From Hyalangium minutum (GTDB lineage Bacteria; Myxococcota; Myxococcia; Myxococcales; Myxococcaceae), in contig NZ_JMCB01000002.1 in the NCBI RefSeq assembly GCF_000737315.1, forward strand, positions 20,001 to 268,000: 248,000 bases of DNA, given 5' to 3'. The notes below the pieces were generated by a model. It was given only the letters and a program-made list of their open reading frames with translations, was not told the origin of the DNA and did no database searches. The translations under genes were made by a program, and so were the position numbers. Shown in pieces: positions 92,029 to 101,347 of the stretch; within the stretch, counting starts at the first letter, position 1, and the number at the start of each line of letters is the position of its first letter.

Positions 92029-95000
92029 ATGTCCCTCGTCGAAGGTCTCAAGGTTCGTTATCTCCCGCAGCCCGAGTGGGGCGTGGGTCACCTTGCCGCG
92101 CTCCAGGAAGGGGGCGCCAAGGCGGTCGTCTTCTTCCCGGCCCGCGAGGACTCCGCGGTGCTCGTCTCCACCAAAGGCGGGGCGCTCGTGTCGTACGCGC
92201 TGCCCAGCGGGGAGCCCGTCGTGACCGTCAAGGGACGGCAGGCCACCGTGGTGCGCGAGGAGCCCGGGGCTCGTGGGCTGCGCCGGTACGTCATCCGCTA
92301 CGCAGACACCGGTGAAGAGGACGAGATGCCCGAGTCCGAGCTGCGCGCGCTGCCTCCGCGCTCGGATCTGCTCTCCACCCTGCGCGAGGGCCGCGTCGGG
92401 GATTCCAAGGCCTTCATGCTCCGGAAGCAGGCGCTCGTGCTGGACGATGAGCGCCGGTGTGACGCCCTGGGCGCGCTGCTGGCCAGCCGGGTGATGGTGA
92501 AGCCTCACCAGGTGGGCGTGGTGCAGCGCGTGCTCTCCGCGCGCCGTCCGCGCTTCGTGCTCGCCGATGAGGTGGGCCTGGGGAAGACCATTGAAGCGGG
92601 CATGGTGTTCAGTGCGCTCCGGCTCTCGGGGCTCGCGCGCCGCGTGCTCGTGGTGGCCCCCAGCCACCTGACCGTGCAGTGGCTCGTGGAGCTGTTCCAC
92701 AAGTTCAACCAGCTCTTCACGTTGATGGACTCCGACCGCTACGCGCAGTCCCTCAAGGAGCAGCCCGAGGTGTCTCCCTGGGAGCGCTTCCCGCTCGTGG
92801 TGACCAGCCTGGAGATGCTCGCGCGCAACGAGGAGCACCGGCAGGCCGTCGCCGAGGAGGATGCGTTCTGGGATCTCGTCATTATTGATGAGGCCCACCA
92901 CCTCAAGGGCGAGAAGGCGTTCGAGGCCGCCGAGGCGCTCGCGGGCAATAGCTGGGGCCTGCTGCTGCTCACCGCCACGCCCATGCAGCTGGACCCGGCC
93001 GAGTACCACGGGCTGCTCACGCTGATCGACGCGGCCACCGCGCCCACGGTGAAGGGTTTCGAGTCGCGCTTGGCCCGGCAGGAGGAGCTGTCCACCGCTG
93101 TCCGCGCGCTGCTCGAGGGCAATGAGCCCGCCAAGGCCGTGAAGGCGCTGGCCAAACGCTTCCCCGAGGACGCCAAGCTCCAGGGGCTCAAGGACCGGGA
93201 CGCGCTGCTGGAGCACCTCGCGGAGACGTACAGCCTGTCCGACCGGCTCGTGCGCAACCGTCGCGCCATTGTCGGCGGCTTCTCCACCCGGCGCCTGCAC
93301 CGCCACCCGGTGAAGCTCTCCGCCGAGGAGCTGAAGACACGCGATAGCGCCTTGGCGGCCCTCGCGAAGTCGAGCCTGCGCGGCGCGCCGCTGGCCAACG
93401 TGCTGCGCCGGCTGGAGTCCAGCCCCTCGGCGTTCGCTGGTGCCGTCAGCTCCAACCCCGCGCTGAAGGGCGCGGATCTGAAGCTGCCGTCGCGGGATGC
93501 GAAGCTGGTGGCGTTCCTCGGCGTGCTGCGCGGCATCTGGGCCTCTGAGGCCGCCGCCAAGGTGCTCGTGTTCACCGAGAGCCGCGACACCCTGGAGGCC
93601 CTGCAGGCGGAGCTGGGCCGCGAGGGCATCGAGGCGCTCGGCTACCACGGCGACTTGCCGCTGGTGGAGAGAGACAGACAGGTGGCGCGCTTCCGCGATC
93701 CCGAGGGCCCCAAGGTCCTGCTGTGCACCGAAGTCGGTGGCGAGGGCCGCAACTTCCAGTTCGCCCACCACCTGGTGCACTACGACTTGCCGTGGAGCCC
93801 CGGCACCGTCGAGCAGCGCATCGGCCGCCTGGACCGCATCGGCCAGACGAAGCCGGTGGAGATCCACGTGTTTGACCCAGCGGGCACGCTCGCCTCGGAC
93901 GTGCTGATGCTGCTGGCGGACGCGGTGGGAGTGTTCGGCGAGACCGTGGGTGGCCTCGACGCGGTGCTGGAGGAGGTGGAGGACCGGATCGCCGAGCTGG
94001 CACTGCTGCCTCGCGAGGCCCGCGTCGCCTACGCGGCCGAGCTGAAGACCAAGGTGGAGGCGGCTCGGGCGCAGGTGAAGCGCGCGTATGACCCGCTGCT
94101 GGATCTGCGCTCCTTCGACAAGCCGGCGGTGGCGCGGCTGGTGGCGCGTGCGCAAGCGCGCATGGGCATGGAGGAGGAGGACGAAGAAGAGGGCGAGGAG
94201 CTGCCGCTGGAGGATGGCCTCTGGGGCGTGGCGAGAGACCTCGACGAGCGGCTGGAGGAGACCGTCACGGAGCTGGCCAAGCGGGTCGGCATCCGCGTGG
94301 ACACGGACGAGGAGGTGGACGCGTTCCAGTGCGCCTTCCACTTCGGCCATGCGCTCAACGTGGAGGGGCTGCCCGGACTCGACGTGATGGAGGACCGGAC
94401 GCTGCTGGGCACTTTCTGGCGCGACACGGCGGTGGAGGCCGAGGAACTGGAGTACTTCGCCACTGGGCACTCGCTGGTGGAGGCGCTGTTCGGCTTCCTG
94501 CGCGACGGGCCGTACGGGCGCAGCGGCTTCCGGTTCATCGAGAAGCGCGGGCCCCTCAAGGCGCGCGGGCTGGAGCTGCTCTACCACGTGCAGACGCCCG
94601 AGCCCGAGGACACCTCTGCCGGTGCCCGTGTGCCGAGCCGTCAGCTCGCGCGCTTCCTGGAGCGCACGCTGCTGCCGGTGGCCGTGGCCGAGGGGCCGGG
94701 TGGTGCCAAGGCGGATGCGACGCTGCTGCCCGCGCTGGAGGCAGAGGGCCGCGCGCTCAAGGGCGACGAGGTGTCGCGCGCGTTCCCGGGTGTCCGCGCG
94801 TTCGTGGACGCGGCGGTGACCGTGGGACAGAAGGCCGCCGAGGCGGAGCTGGGCAAGCTGGCCGCGAAGGCGCGCAAGGCCATCGAGGCCGAGCGGGACG
94901 CCACGCTGGAGCGGATGCGTCTGTCACTGGGACACCAGGGGCTGGATGCCAAGGCGCTGGAGGCCCAGCTCGACGCGGAGCGCACGCACTACGAGCGCCT

Positions 95001-95067
95001 GCTGAAAGCACTGGCGGGCGCGAAGGTGGTGCTCGACTCGGCCTGCGGGTTCGTCATCAACCGCTGA
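92029..95067 (+). CDS. SNF2/RapA-like helicase
   Basis: LADEVGLGKT, DEAH, TATP, EQRIGRLDR. Confidence 0.9.
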   Translation: MSLVEGLKVRYLPQPEWGVGHLAALQEGGAKAVVFFPAREDSAVLVSTKGGALVSYALPSGEPVVTVKGRQATVVREEPGARGLRRYVIRYADTGEEDEMPESELRALPPRSDLLSTLREGRVGDSKAFMLRKQALVLDDERRCDALGALLASRVMVKPHQVGVVQRVLSARRPRFVLADEVGLGKTIEAGMVFSALRLSGLARRVLVVAPSHLTVQWLVELFHKFNQLFTLMDSDRYAQSLKEQPEVSPWERFPLVVTSLEMLARNEEHRQAVAEEDAFWDLVIIDEAHHLKGEKAFEAAEALAGNSWGLLLLTATPMQLDPAEYHGLLTLIDAATAPTVKGFESRLARQEELSTAVRALLEGNEPAKAVKALAKRFPEDAKLQGLKDRDALLEHLAETYSLSDRLVRNRRAIVGGFSTRRLHRHPVKLSAEELKTRDSALAALAKSSLRGAPLANVLRRLESSPSAFAGAVSSNPALKGADLKLPSRDAKLVAFLGVLRGIWASEAAAKVLVFTESRDTLEALQAELGREGIEALGYHGDLPLVERDRQVARFRDPEGPKVLLCTEVGGEGRNFQFAHHLVHYDLPWSPGTVEQRIGRLDRIGQTKPVEIHVFDPAGTLASDVLMLLADAVGVFGETVGGLDAVLEEVEDRIAELALLPREARVAYAAELKTKVEAARAQVKRAYDPLLDLRSFDKPAVARLVARAQARMGMEEEDEEEGEELPLEDGLWGVARDLDERLEETVTELAKRVGIRVDTDEEVDAFQCAFHFGHALNVEGLPGLDVMEDRTLLGTFWRDTAVEAEELEYFATGHSLVEALFGFLRDGPYGRSGFRFIEKRGPLKARGLELLYHVQTPEPEDTSAGARVPSRQLARFLERTLLPVAVAEGPGGAKADATLLPALEAEGRALKGDEVSRAFPGVRAFVDAAVTVGQKAAEAELGKLAAKARKAIEAERDATLERMRLSLGHQGLDAKALEAQLDAERTHYERLLKALAGAKVVLDSACGFVINR

Positions 95068-95073
95068 GCCTCT

Positions 95074-95958
95074 TCACTTCTCCGGGAGTGCCTGAGCCTC
95101 CTCGATGCTCGCTGCGCAGCGGAATCCGAAGTGGTGGAAGATGGGCCGGTTGGAAGGCACATGCGGCCTCCGGTACACCGTCGTCGCGTACGAGGCTGGC
95201 CAGAACCAGGAGCCTCCTCGCACCACCTTCTGTGTATATCCCGCGCAGGGCTCCTGGCCCGCGCAGGGCCCCTTCGGATTGATGCCCTGACAGGCGGCGC
95301 CACAGGCTCTCCACGAGGGCGTGAACCAGTCCGCGACCCACTCCCACGCATTCCCCGCCATGTCATACAGCCCATAGGGATTGGGAGGGCGTGAGCCCAC
95401 GGGCTCGGGACGGCCCACCTCGGCATGGGTCTTCGAGCGCTGCCGCTGGCCGCAGCTGCGTCCACGGCTGTCCATGATGACGGCTCGCTCGCACGTGGCG
95501 GGCTCGTCACCCCAAGGGTAGAGCCGTCCGTCCGTACCCCGCGCCGCCTTCTCCCACTCGGCCTCCGTGGGCAGGTGCTTGCCGTGCGCTTCGCAGAAGG
95601 CCTTCGCGTCGTACCAGCTCACCCCATTGATGGGTTGCTGCGGGTGGTCGAAGTCGCGGTAGTTCGGGCCCGCCTTCCGGCAGCGCCCCTGTGCCTCGCA
95701 AGCCTTGTAGGCGCTGTAGGTCACCTCGTGGGTATCCATATAGAAGGTCTGCACCCAGACCTCCTGCTGTGGCCGGGCGGGCGCGTGCGGCCCTCCGTTC
95801 ATGCCTCGGAGAAATGGGCCTCCCGGGATGCAGGCCATGCCCGGCTTGGGTGCTTCGAGGCAGGGCACCACCGCTGGAGCCTCCGAAGATGGAGCAGCCG
95901 CCCCCGCGCTCGTGCTGACGAGCCCCACGAGCAGCGCGAGCCACCGCACGGTGCTCAT
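95074..95958 (-). CDS. formylglycine-generating enzyme (FGE-sulfatase) domain protein
   Basis: LPTEAEWEKAARG, GNAWEW, GFRC. Confidence 0.9.
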   Translation of the reverse strand: MSTVRWLALLVGLVSTSAGAAAPSSEAPAVVPCLEAPKPGMACIPGGPFLRGMNGGPHAPARPQQEVWVQTFYMDTHEVTYSAYKACEAQGRCRKAGPNYRDFDHPQQPINGVSWYDAKAFCEAHGKHLPTEAEWEKAARGTDGRLYPWGDEPATCERAVIMDSRGRSCGQRQRSKTHAEVGRPEPVGSRPPNPYGLYDMAGNAWEWVADWFTPSWRACGAACQGINPKGPCAGQEPCAGYTQKVVRGGSWFWPASYATTVYRRPHVPSNRPIFHHFGFRCAASIEEAQALPEK

Positions 95959-97001
95959 GGGAGGTTCTCCGCCCGGGCTGGCAGCGTCCGAGCTGGAGCG
96001 CGCTTCACCCGCCGCTTCGCCAGGAGCTTCTGCTTCGCGGCCTCGCGCGCCTCGGCGGGCGGAGTGTCGAGCCGTGACAGCCCACGCACCTGTCCCTCGG
96101 CGGCTGCGAACCGCAGCATCGTCACCGACTTGCGAGTCTTCTTGTCGTCCAGCCAGGCCACGAAGTTCGGACCGGACTGCGTGTTGTAGTGGTAGTGGGT
96201 GCCCTTCACGTGAGGAATGCCCCGCTCACCGCTGGTGCGGAGCACCACGCTGTTCTCCGTCAGCGCAAGTCCTCGGATGTTGTTCCGGTACTGCGCGTCG
96301 TAGGCAAAGTATTGCTCGGCGTTGGACAGGTAGAGCACGCCCACCGTCTTCCCTGACGCGGAGAGTGCCTCCCCGAGCGCCTTCATGGTGCGCCGGGCCG
96401 TGAGGTCTCCTCTCACCATGAAGACCTTGTCCTCTTGGAAGAGGCGGCGCAGGTGCGCGTAATCGGCGGCGTTCGTGAGGAAGCAGGTCTGGTTCGCTTT
96501 CGCCATCTGCGCCATGAGGCGCCCGAACCGCCGCTCCACCGCCCCGCGGGCCGTGTTGAGGGCCAGCAGCGCACCGGCTCGCTGCCGCTTGTCGGAGTAG
96601 CCCTCCTGGATGAGCCGGCGCACCTCCGAGCGGCTCTGCTTCTGCCAGAGCTCGAGGAACGCCCCGGGAGTCTCCGCCGCGAGGAAGATGACGCGGTAGA
96701 CCCGGTGGAGATCGACCACGGACTGATCAAAATCCAGCAGGACGAGCCCCTCCGCTCGTGCCCAGGCTCCCAGCAGGTAGTTCTGGTCGGTGCCCACGCC
96801 CACGTAGACGCCGCCCTTGTCCTTCACCGCGTTGTGGAAGAGCTCGAGGGTGTCTTCGTTCGAGATCCAGTAGTGGAGTCCTCGCACCAGCCCCGGTGGA
96901 GCGGGATCGGCGGGCAGGTTCGTGAACGTGGGGTGCGAGGCCTCACTGGCGGAGACCGAAGCGGAGAGGAGCAGAGCCAACACGGCAGCAAGGCGCATCA
97001 C
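95955..97001 (-). CDS. exported hypothetical (methyltransferase-like fold possible)
   Basis: Signal peptide, YVGVGTDQN, LYLSNAEQY. Confidence 0.55.
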   Translation of the reverse strand: MMRLAAVLALLLSASVSASEASHPTFTNLPADPAPPGLVRGLHYWISNEDTLELFHNAVKDKGGVYVGVGTDQNYLLGAWARAEGLVLLDFDQSVVDLHRVYRVIFLAAETPGAFLELWQKQSRSEVRRLIQEGYSDKRQRAGALLALNTARGAVERRFGRLMAQMAKANQTCFLTNAADYAHLRRLFQEDKVFMVRGDLTARRTMKALGEALSASGKTVGVLYLSNAEQYFAYDAQYRNNIRGLALTENSVVLRTSGERGIPHVKGTHYHYNTQSGPNFVAWLDDKKTRKSVTMLRFAAAEGQVRGLSRLDTPPAEAREAAKQKLLAKRRVKRAPARTLPARAENLP

Positions 97002-97082
97002 GCCGATGATACCGCCTCCGCTGGCAGCACCTACTCGGGGCCGGAGCCCCGATGGCCACCGTCTCCCGAGCGCGCCGCCCGC

Positions 97083-97643
97083 TCAGGCCTTCAGCTTCTC
97101 ACGCAGCGCCTTCGCCCGGCCCTGCATGTCCGGATCCAGGCTCGTGATCTGAATGCTCTTGAGGCGCTCGTCCAGGCTCTTGGGCACCTTCGTCTTCAGC
97201 TTGCCCTCGCCCTCCATCGCCTCCAGCTTCGCCAGCGCCTTGTCGGCAATCCGCTCGCGCGGGTGGTCCAGCAGGCTGTCCAGGAAGTACGCGTCCTCGG
97301 GCAGCTCCGGGTACTTCTCCAGGTACTCCACCACCCCCTGCACCCAGGCCTGCCGCGTCTCCGCCTGCTGCAGCTTCTGCATGGCGGCCTTCTGCGTCTT
97401 GCGCTTGCCCTCGGGGTCGAACTTCTCCGCCAACCCCTCGGGGAGTTCGCCGCCCGTGAAGAGCGCGTCCGCCGCCGCCTTGTACTTCTGGTAGGAGGCG
97501 CTGCGCTCGATGCGCTGCTGCGCCGGGTCATCCTGGCGGGAGTGGCTCTTGCTCTTGCCGCGCATCGCGTCGATCTCTCGCCACGACTTGTTGCGCTTGC
97601 CGGAGAACCCACCGCCTTCGTTGTCGTCCTTGTCTCGTGCCAT
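97083..97643 (-). CDS. hypothetical protein
   Basis: ORF. Confidence 0.55.
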   Translation of the reverse strand: MARDKDDNEGGGFSGKRNKSWREIDAMRGKSKSHSRQDDPAQQRIERSASYQKYKAAADALFTGGELPEGLAEKFDPEGKRKTQKAAMQKLQQAETRQAWVQGVVEYLEKYPELPEDAYFLDSLLDHPRERIADKALAKLEAMEGEGKLKTKVPKSLDERLKSIQITSLDPDMQGRAKALREKLKA

Positions 97644-97646
97644 CCG

Positions 97647-98411
97647 TCAACTTCCCTTCCGGGCGTGCCATAAGGCCGCCAGCCCGCGCCGCACATACGT
97701 GCGCACCCGCGCGAGCTCCTCGGCAGAGAGGGGGTGCTCCTCATCCTGCTCCGCCTCGAACAGCGCTTCTTCCGCATATGCGGCGAGGGCCTCGGGCACC
97801 GGCGGAGCCTCCGTGTCCTCCCTCTCCAGCGCCGCCGGATCCACACTGGCAAGTCCCGGCGGCCAGCCCAGCTCCATCATGGCGTGCAGTTCGAAGAGCA
97901 GGTGGCGGGCTACCGCATATCCTTCGTCCGCGAGCCCCGCCACGTCAAGAGCACCCAGCAGCGCATCCTGCCGGTTGTCGAAGGCGTGCTGCCTCCGCGT
98001 GCGCTCCTTCGGGTCGTCTTCCAGGTAACGCCAGGCGGCCTCCACGAATTCGCTCCCTGGCTCTCCCGGGGCAAAAGGGGGCGGCCGCACGGGCTTCACC
98101 TTCTTGGGCCGAGGCGGCTGAGGCCCCTGCTCCAGCGGGATGGGCTGGCCCTCCTCCACCAGGTCCCAGAGCCCCAGCAGGTTCTGGAAGAGCCGCTGCG
98201 CCACCTCGGGCGAGGGGAAGTGGGGCTCTCCCTCGAAGAGGGTGGGGATGACGGCGTCATGCCGCTGCCCCTCGGCCTTGGCCGAGCGCATCCGTGTGAG
98301 CACCTCATAGGTGTCACACGTGCTGCCGGCCAGCTCCAGCAGCCCATCCAGCGTCTGTGCGTCCTCGAAGTGGTGGACGAAGTCGGTGCCTCTTCCCCGT
98401 GAGCGGCTCAT
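97647..98411 (-). CDS. hypothetical protein
   Basis: ORF. Confidence 0.55.
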   Translation of the reverse strand: MSRSRGRGTDFVHHFEDAQTLDGLLELAGSTCDTYEVLTRMRSAKAEGQRHDAVIPTLFEGEPHFPSPEVAQRLFQNLLGLWDLVEEGQPIPLEQGPQPPRPKKVKPVRPPPFAPGEPGSEFVEAAWRYLEDDPKERTRRQHAFDNRQDALLGALDVAGLADEGYAVARHLLFELHAMMELGWPPGLASVDPAALEREDTEAPPVPEALAAYAEEALFEAEQDEEHPLSAEELARVRTYVRRGLAALWHARKGS

Positions 98412-98555
98412 GCGGCACGAACGCTAGCCCTGGGAGCGGGCGGACGCACGGGGCGCGTGAAGCGCTCCCCACCCGTTCAAGGCCAACCTCCCGGAGTGAA
98501 CATTAAGGATGCCAGCCGCCAATGTCGCTGGCGCCCTGCTAGGCTCCCGCCCGGG

Positions 98556-99176
98556 ATGACCCACCCGTCACCAGAGAAGCTGAAGGCCGCAGTGCAGGCG
98601 CTTTACCAGGTCCGGGCCGTGGAAGGGCCTCCCGGCGACCATGGCCATCGCTCTGTCTGGCACATGTCCCCCCAGGGAGCGGAGTTGCTCTCGCTCGTCG
98701 ATAGGGAGGGCCGTGTGCAGCGCCAGGAGCTGACGCTGCTCGAGGACCACTACGCGTGGAGCCAGGGCGAAGGTCTGCGCACGGGCCGGGTCGAGCTGGA
98801 GAGGGTCGGTGGCTCGAAGGTGAACCCCGCCGCGGCCATCGTGCACACGGACCCGGAGCTGGTTCCCGTCCGGCTGATACGCGCGGCGGCGGCGCTGGAG
98901 ACCTACGAGGGAGAGGACCGCTACCTCCTCCACATCAAGCGCGTGCTGGCACTCGCGCGCGAGGGGCTCGAGCTGCAGGAGTCCCCCCTCGTCACCGAAT
99001 TGGTTTCGGCGTCAACCGCGCCTTTGAGCCCCGCTGCCCTTCCTCAGAAGAGCGAGCCGGACGCAGGTGCGGCGCCCCACGCCCCCGCAGGGGGCAGGTT
99101 CGAGGGCATGGCGATGGTGCTCGTGTTCGCCGTGGGCCTCATGGTGGCCATCGCGCTGCTCGGCTGGCTTCTCTGA
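98556..99176 (+). CDS. hypothetical protein with C-terminal TM
   Basis: ORF. Confidence 0.5.
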   Translation: MTHPSPEKLKAAVQALYQVRAVEGPPGDHGHRSVWHMSPQGAELLSLVDREGRVQRQELTLLEDHYAWSQGEGLRTGRVELERVGGSKVNPAAAIVHTDPELVPVRLIRAAAALETYEGEDRYLLHIKRVLALAREGLELQESPLVTELVSASTAPLSPAALPQKSEPDAGAAPHAPAGGRFEGMAMVLVFAVGLMVAIALLGWLL

Positions 99177-100894
99177 GTGGCCGTGACGGGCTCGGGCGGA
99201 CGGGCAGGGGCCTGCTCCGGGAGCCGCGCCTCATTCGCCGTGCGCTGGAAGCGCTTGGGCGCCAGCGGGCCGGGGGAGCGAGGGAGCCACAGGGTGCTCG
99301 TGCCGCCATTCATGGGCTGGGCCGTGCGCGAGGCCGGATCGAGCACCACCACGGGTGACGCTCCGGCAAGCCCGAGCACCTCGGCCGCGGCGCCGAGCTC
99401 CTTCAAGGAGATGTCCTCCGGCAGCTCCAGCCCGACGAACGTTCCTGCGAGCACATGCGGCACCTCCGCCAGGGATGCGCTCAGAGAGAGGGAAAGCGTC
99501 TCGCCGCCCTGCACGGGAGAGAGCAGGAGTTGCTCCCCCTCTCCGAACCGGGCCTGCCAGGAGAGGGTGACGGGCTTGGACAGGGCTGCGGGCAGCAGCA
99601 ACTGAAGCGTGCCCTCCTGCGCCGCGAGCAGGGAGAGCAGGGGCACTTGAGTCTTGAGCTTCGCCAGCGTCGCGAGGTTGGCCGATTGCGGATGCTGGCC
99701 CACCAGCTCCACGGAGCGCGCACCGGCAAGGGCGCTCGCTTCGACGAGGCGGCGCAGGCTGGCGCCGGGAGTGCGGGCATCCGCCAGCACGGGCAACACG
99801 GGCTCGGGCACGACGCCGCTGGGACGCGTGGATTGCGGAAGCGTGGAGTGCAGCGAGCCCATGAGCGACTCCGCCAGCGCCTTGCCCGGGCTGCTCCAGC
99901 CGAGGCGGGCGCTGCCCACGGGCGTCAGGCCCTCCGCGGTGACGAGGGCCGCGAATGGGTGCGGCATGGCGGCCTCGGAGGTGCGGAGTGGCTCGAAGCC
100001 TCGGGGCAGGGAAGGAGCGCCGACGCCCGCCGCGCGCGCACCTTGCTCGGCGAGGCGCAGGGGGTGGGCATCCAGGAAGAGCAGCGCGGTGACCGCAGCC
100101 GCCAGGAAGACACTGCCCATCCACCCTCGGGCCATGCGCGAGTAGCGGCGCGTCTGCCACACGAGGAGCACCACGGCCAGGATGATCAGCAGCGCCAGGC
100201 AGGCCTGACGTAAGGGCCGCAGGCGCATCACATCGTCCGCAGCCTGGCTCAGCAGGCGGGTGCGATCAGCGATCGGCGTCTGGGGCAGCCCCGTGAGGAG
100301 CTCGAAGAGCCGGTGGGCCTCCAGTGCTCCCAGCAAGGCGATGGTGGCCAGCGTGAGGGCCACGACGACTCCGAGCACGAGGCTCGGGGTGGAGCCCTGC
100401 GGGCTGGAGCGGAACGGCAGCTCGGCGGAGGCTCCGGCCATTGCCAACCCCAGCCCCAACCCGAGCAGCAGCGCCGCGCTCATCCAGGCCCCCAGCATGC
100501 GCGCGGCCATGGCCTCTCCCACGCCCAGCGCCAGCGCATTGCGCGCATCCGGAATCTCCAGCCCGGCCAGCGCCGCCACCACCCGGCCGACGATGACTTC
100601 GGTGCCCAGCAGCCCCACGGTCCAGGGCAGCGTGGCCATGCCCAGCATGACGGCCAGCGGAACCACCCGCCCGATGCCGATATGGCAGACCATCAAGGTC
100701 AGGAACACCAGCTCCACCAGCCCCGACAGGAGGACCAGGGAGGAAAAGGACCCCGCGGCACCCGTGATTCGAGACAGCTCATCGGATCCTCCTGCCCAGC
100801 TCACCAGCAGCCAGGAGACAAAGAGAACAGACATGGGCGCGGTCGCAGCCGCGACTACACCCGGAGCCACATGGGGTCTGGCTGTAACAAGCAT
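99044..100894 (-). CDS. membrane protein with MotA/ExbB-like and ExbD-like segments
   Basis: PWTVGLLGT...LALGVGEAM; VLADARTPG..LRRLVEA..LAG. Confidence 0.5.
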   Translation of the reverse strand: MLVTARPHVAPGVVAAATAPMSVLFVSWLLVSWAGGSDELSRITGAAGSFSSLVLLSGLVELVFLTLMVCHIGIGRVVPLAVMLGMATLPWTVGLLGTEVIVGRVVAALAGLEIPDARNALALGVGEAMAARMLGAWMSAALLLGLGLGLAMAGASAELPFRSSPQGSTPSLVLGVVVALTLATIALLGALEAHRLFELLTGLPQTPIADRTRLLSQAADDVMRLRPLRQACLALLIILAVVLLVWQTRRYSRMARGWMGSVFLAAAVTALLFLDAHPLRLAEQGARAAGVGAPSLPRGFEPLRTSEAAMPHPFAALVTAEGLTPVGSARLGWSSPGKALAESLMGSLHSTLPQSTRPSGVVPEPVLPVLADARTPGASLRRLVEASALAGARSVELVGQHPQSANLATLAKLKTQVPLLSLLAAQEGTLQLLLPAALSKPVTLSWQARFGEGEQLLLSPVQGGETLSLSLSASLAEVPHVLAGTFVGLELPEDISLKELGAAAEVLGLAGASPVVVLDPASRTAQPMNGGTSTLWLPRSPGPLAPKRFQRTANEARLPEQAPARPPEPVTATQRSQPSSAMATMRPTANTSTIAMPSNLPPAGAWGAAPASGSLF

Positions 100895-100932
100895 TCCCCG
100901 CGAAACTAGGTACGCAGGGTATTCGTGGGAAC

Positions 100933-101313
100933 TCAGGCTGGCGGGCGACCCACCAGCCAATACACAACGGTGAACAGGAGCCCGACAATCGGGGCCACGA
101001 GCGCCCCGAGGATGATGAGTCCTGTGCAGTTGCCCGGCTCGCAGCCAATCTGGGTGCGCGCGCAGAATGCAAAGATGAACACTGGCACGTGGTAGCCGAG
101101 GATGAACAATCCGAGCCCACGCACCACGAGCCCTCGGTACCAGGTGCGGGTGAGCAGCCGGAAGACAATCGGGAGCAGGAAGAGGGTGGCCGTGGCGGCC
101201 CCGGCGATGGCCAGCTGACGCGCTGCGGCGGCCCAGCACCCCACCGCCGCCAATCCCAGGGCGGGCACCAGCAGCAGCGTGTTGAGGTTGAGCGGGGCCG
101301 GCTCGCGCGACAT
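100933..101313 (-). CDS. small membrane protein
   Basis: Four hydrophobic segments. Confidence 0.5.
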   Translation of the reverse strand: MSREPAPLNLNTLLLVPALGLAAVGCWAAAARQLAIAGAATATLFLLPIVFRLLTRTWYRGLVVRGLGLFILGYHVPVFIFAFCARTQIGCEPGNCTGLIILGALVAPIVGLLFTVVYWLVGRPPA

Positions 101314-101347
101314 CACCGGGGGACGCTCGCAAAGCGGGGAGAGGGGA

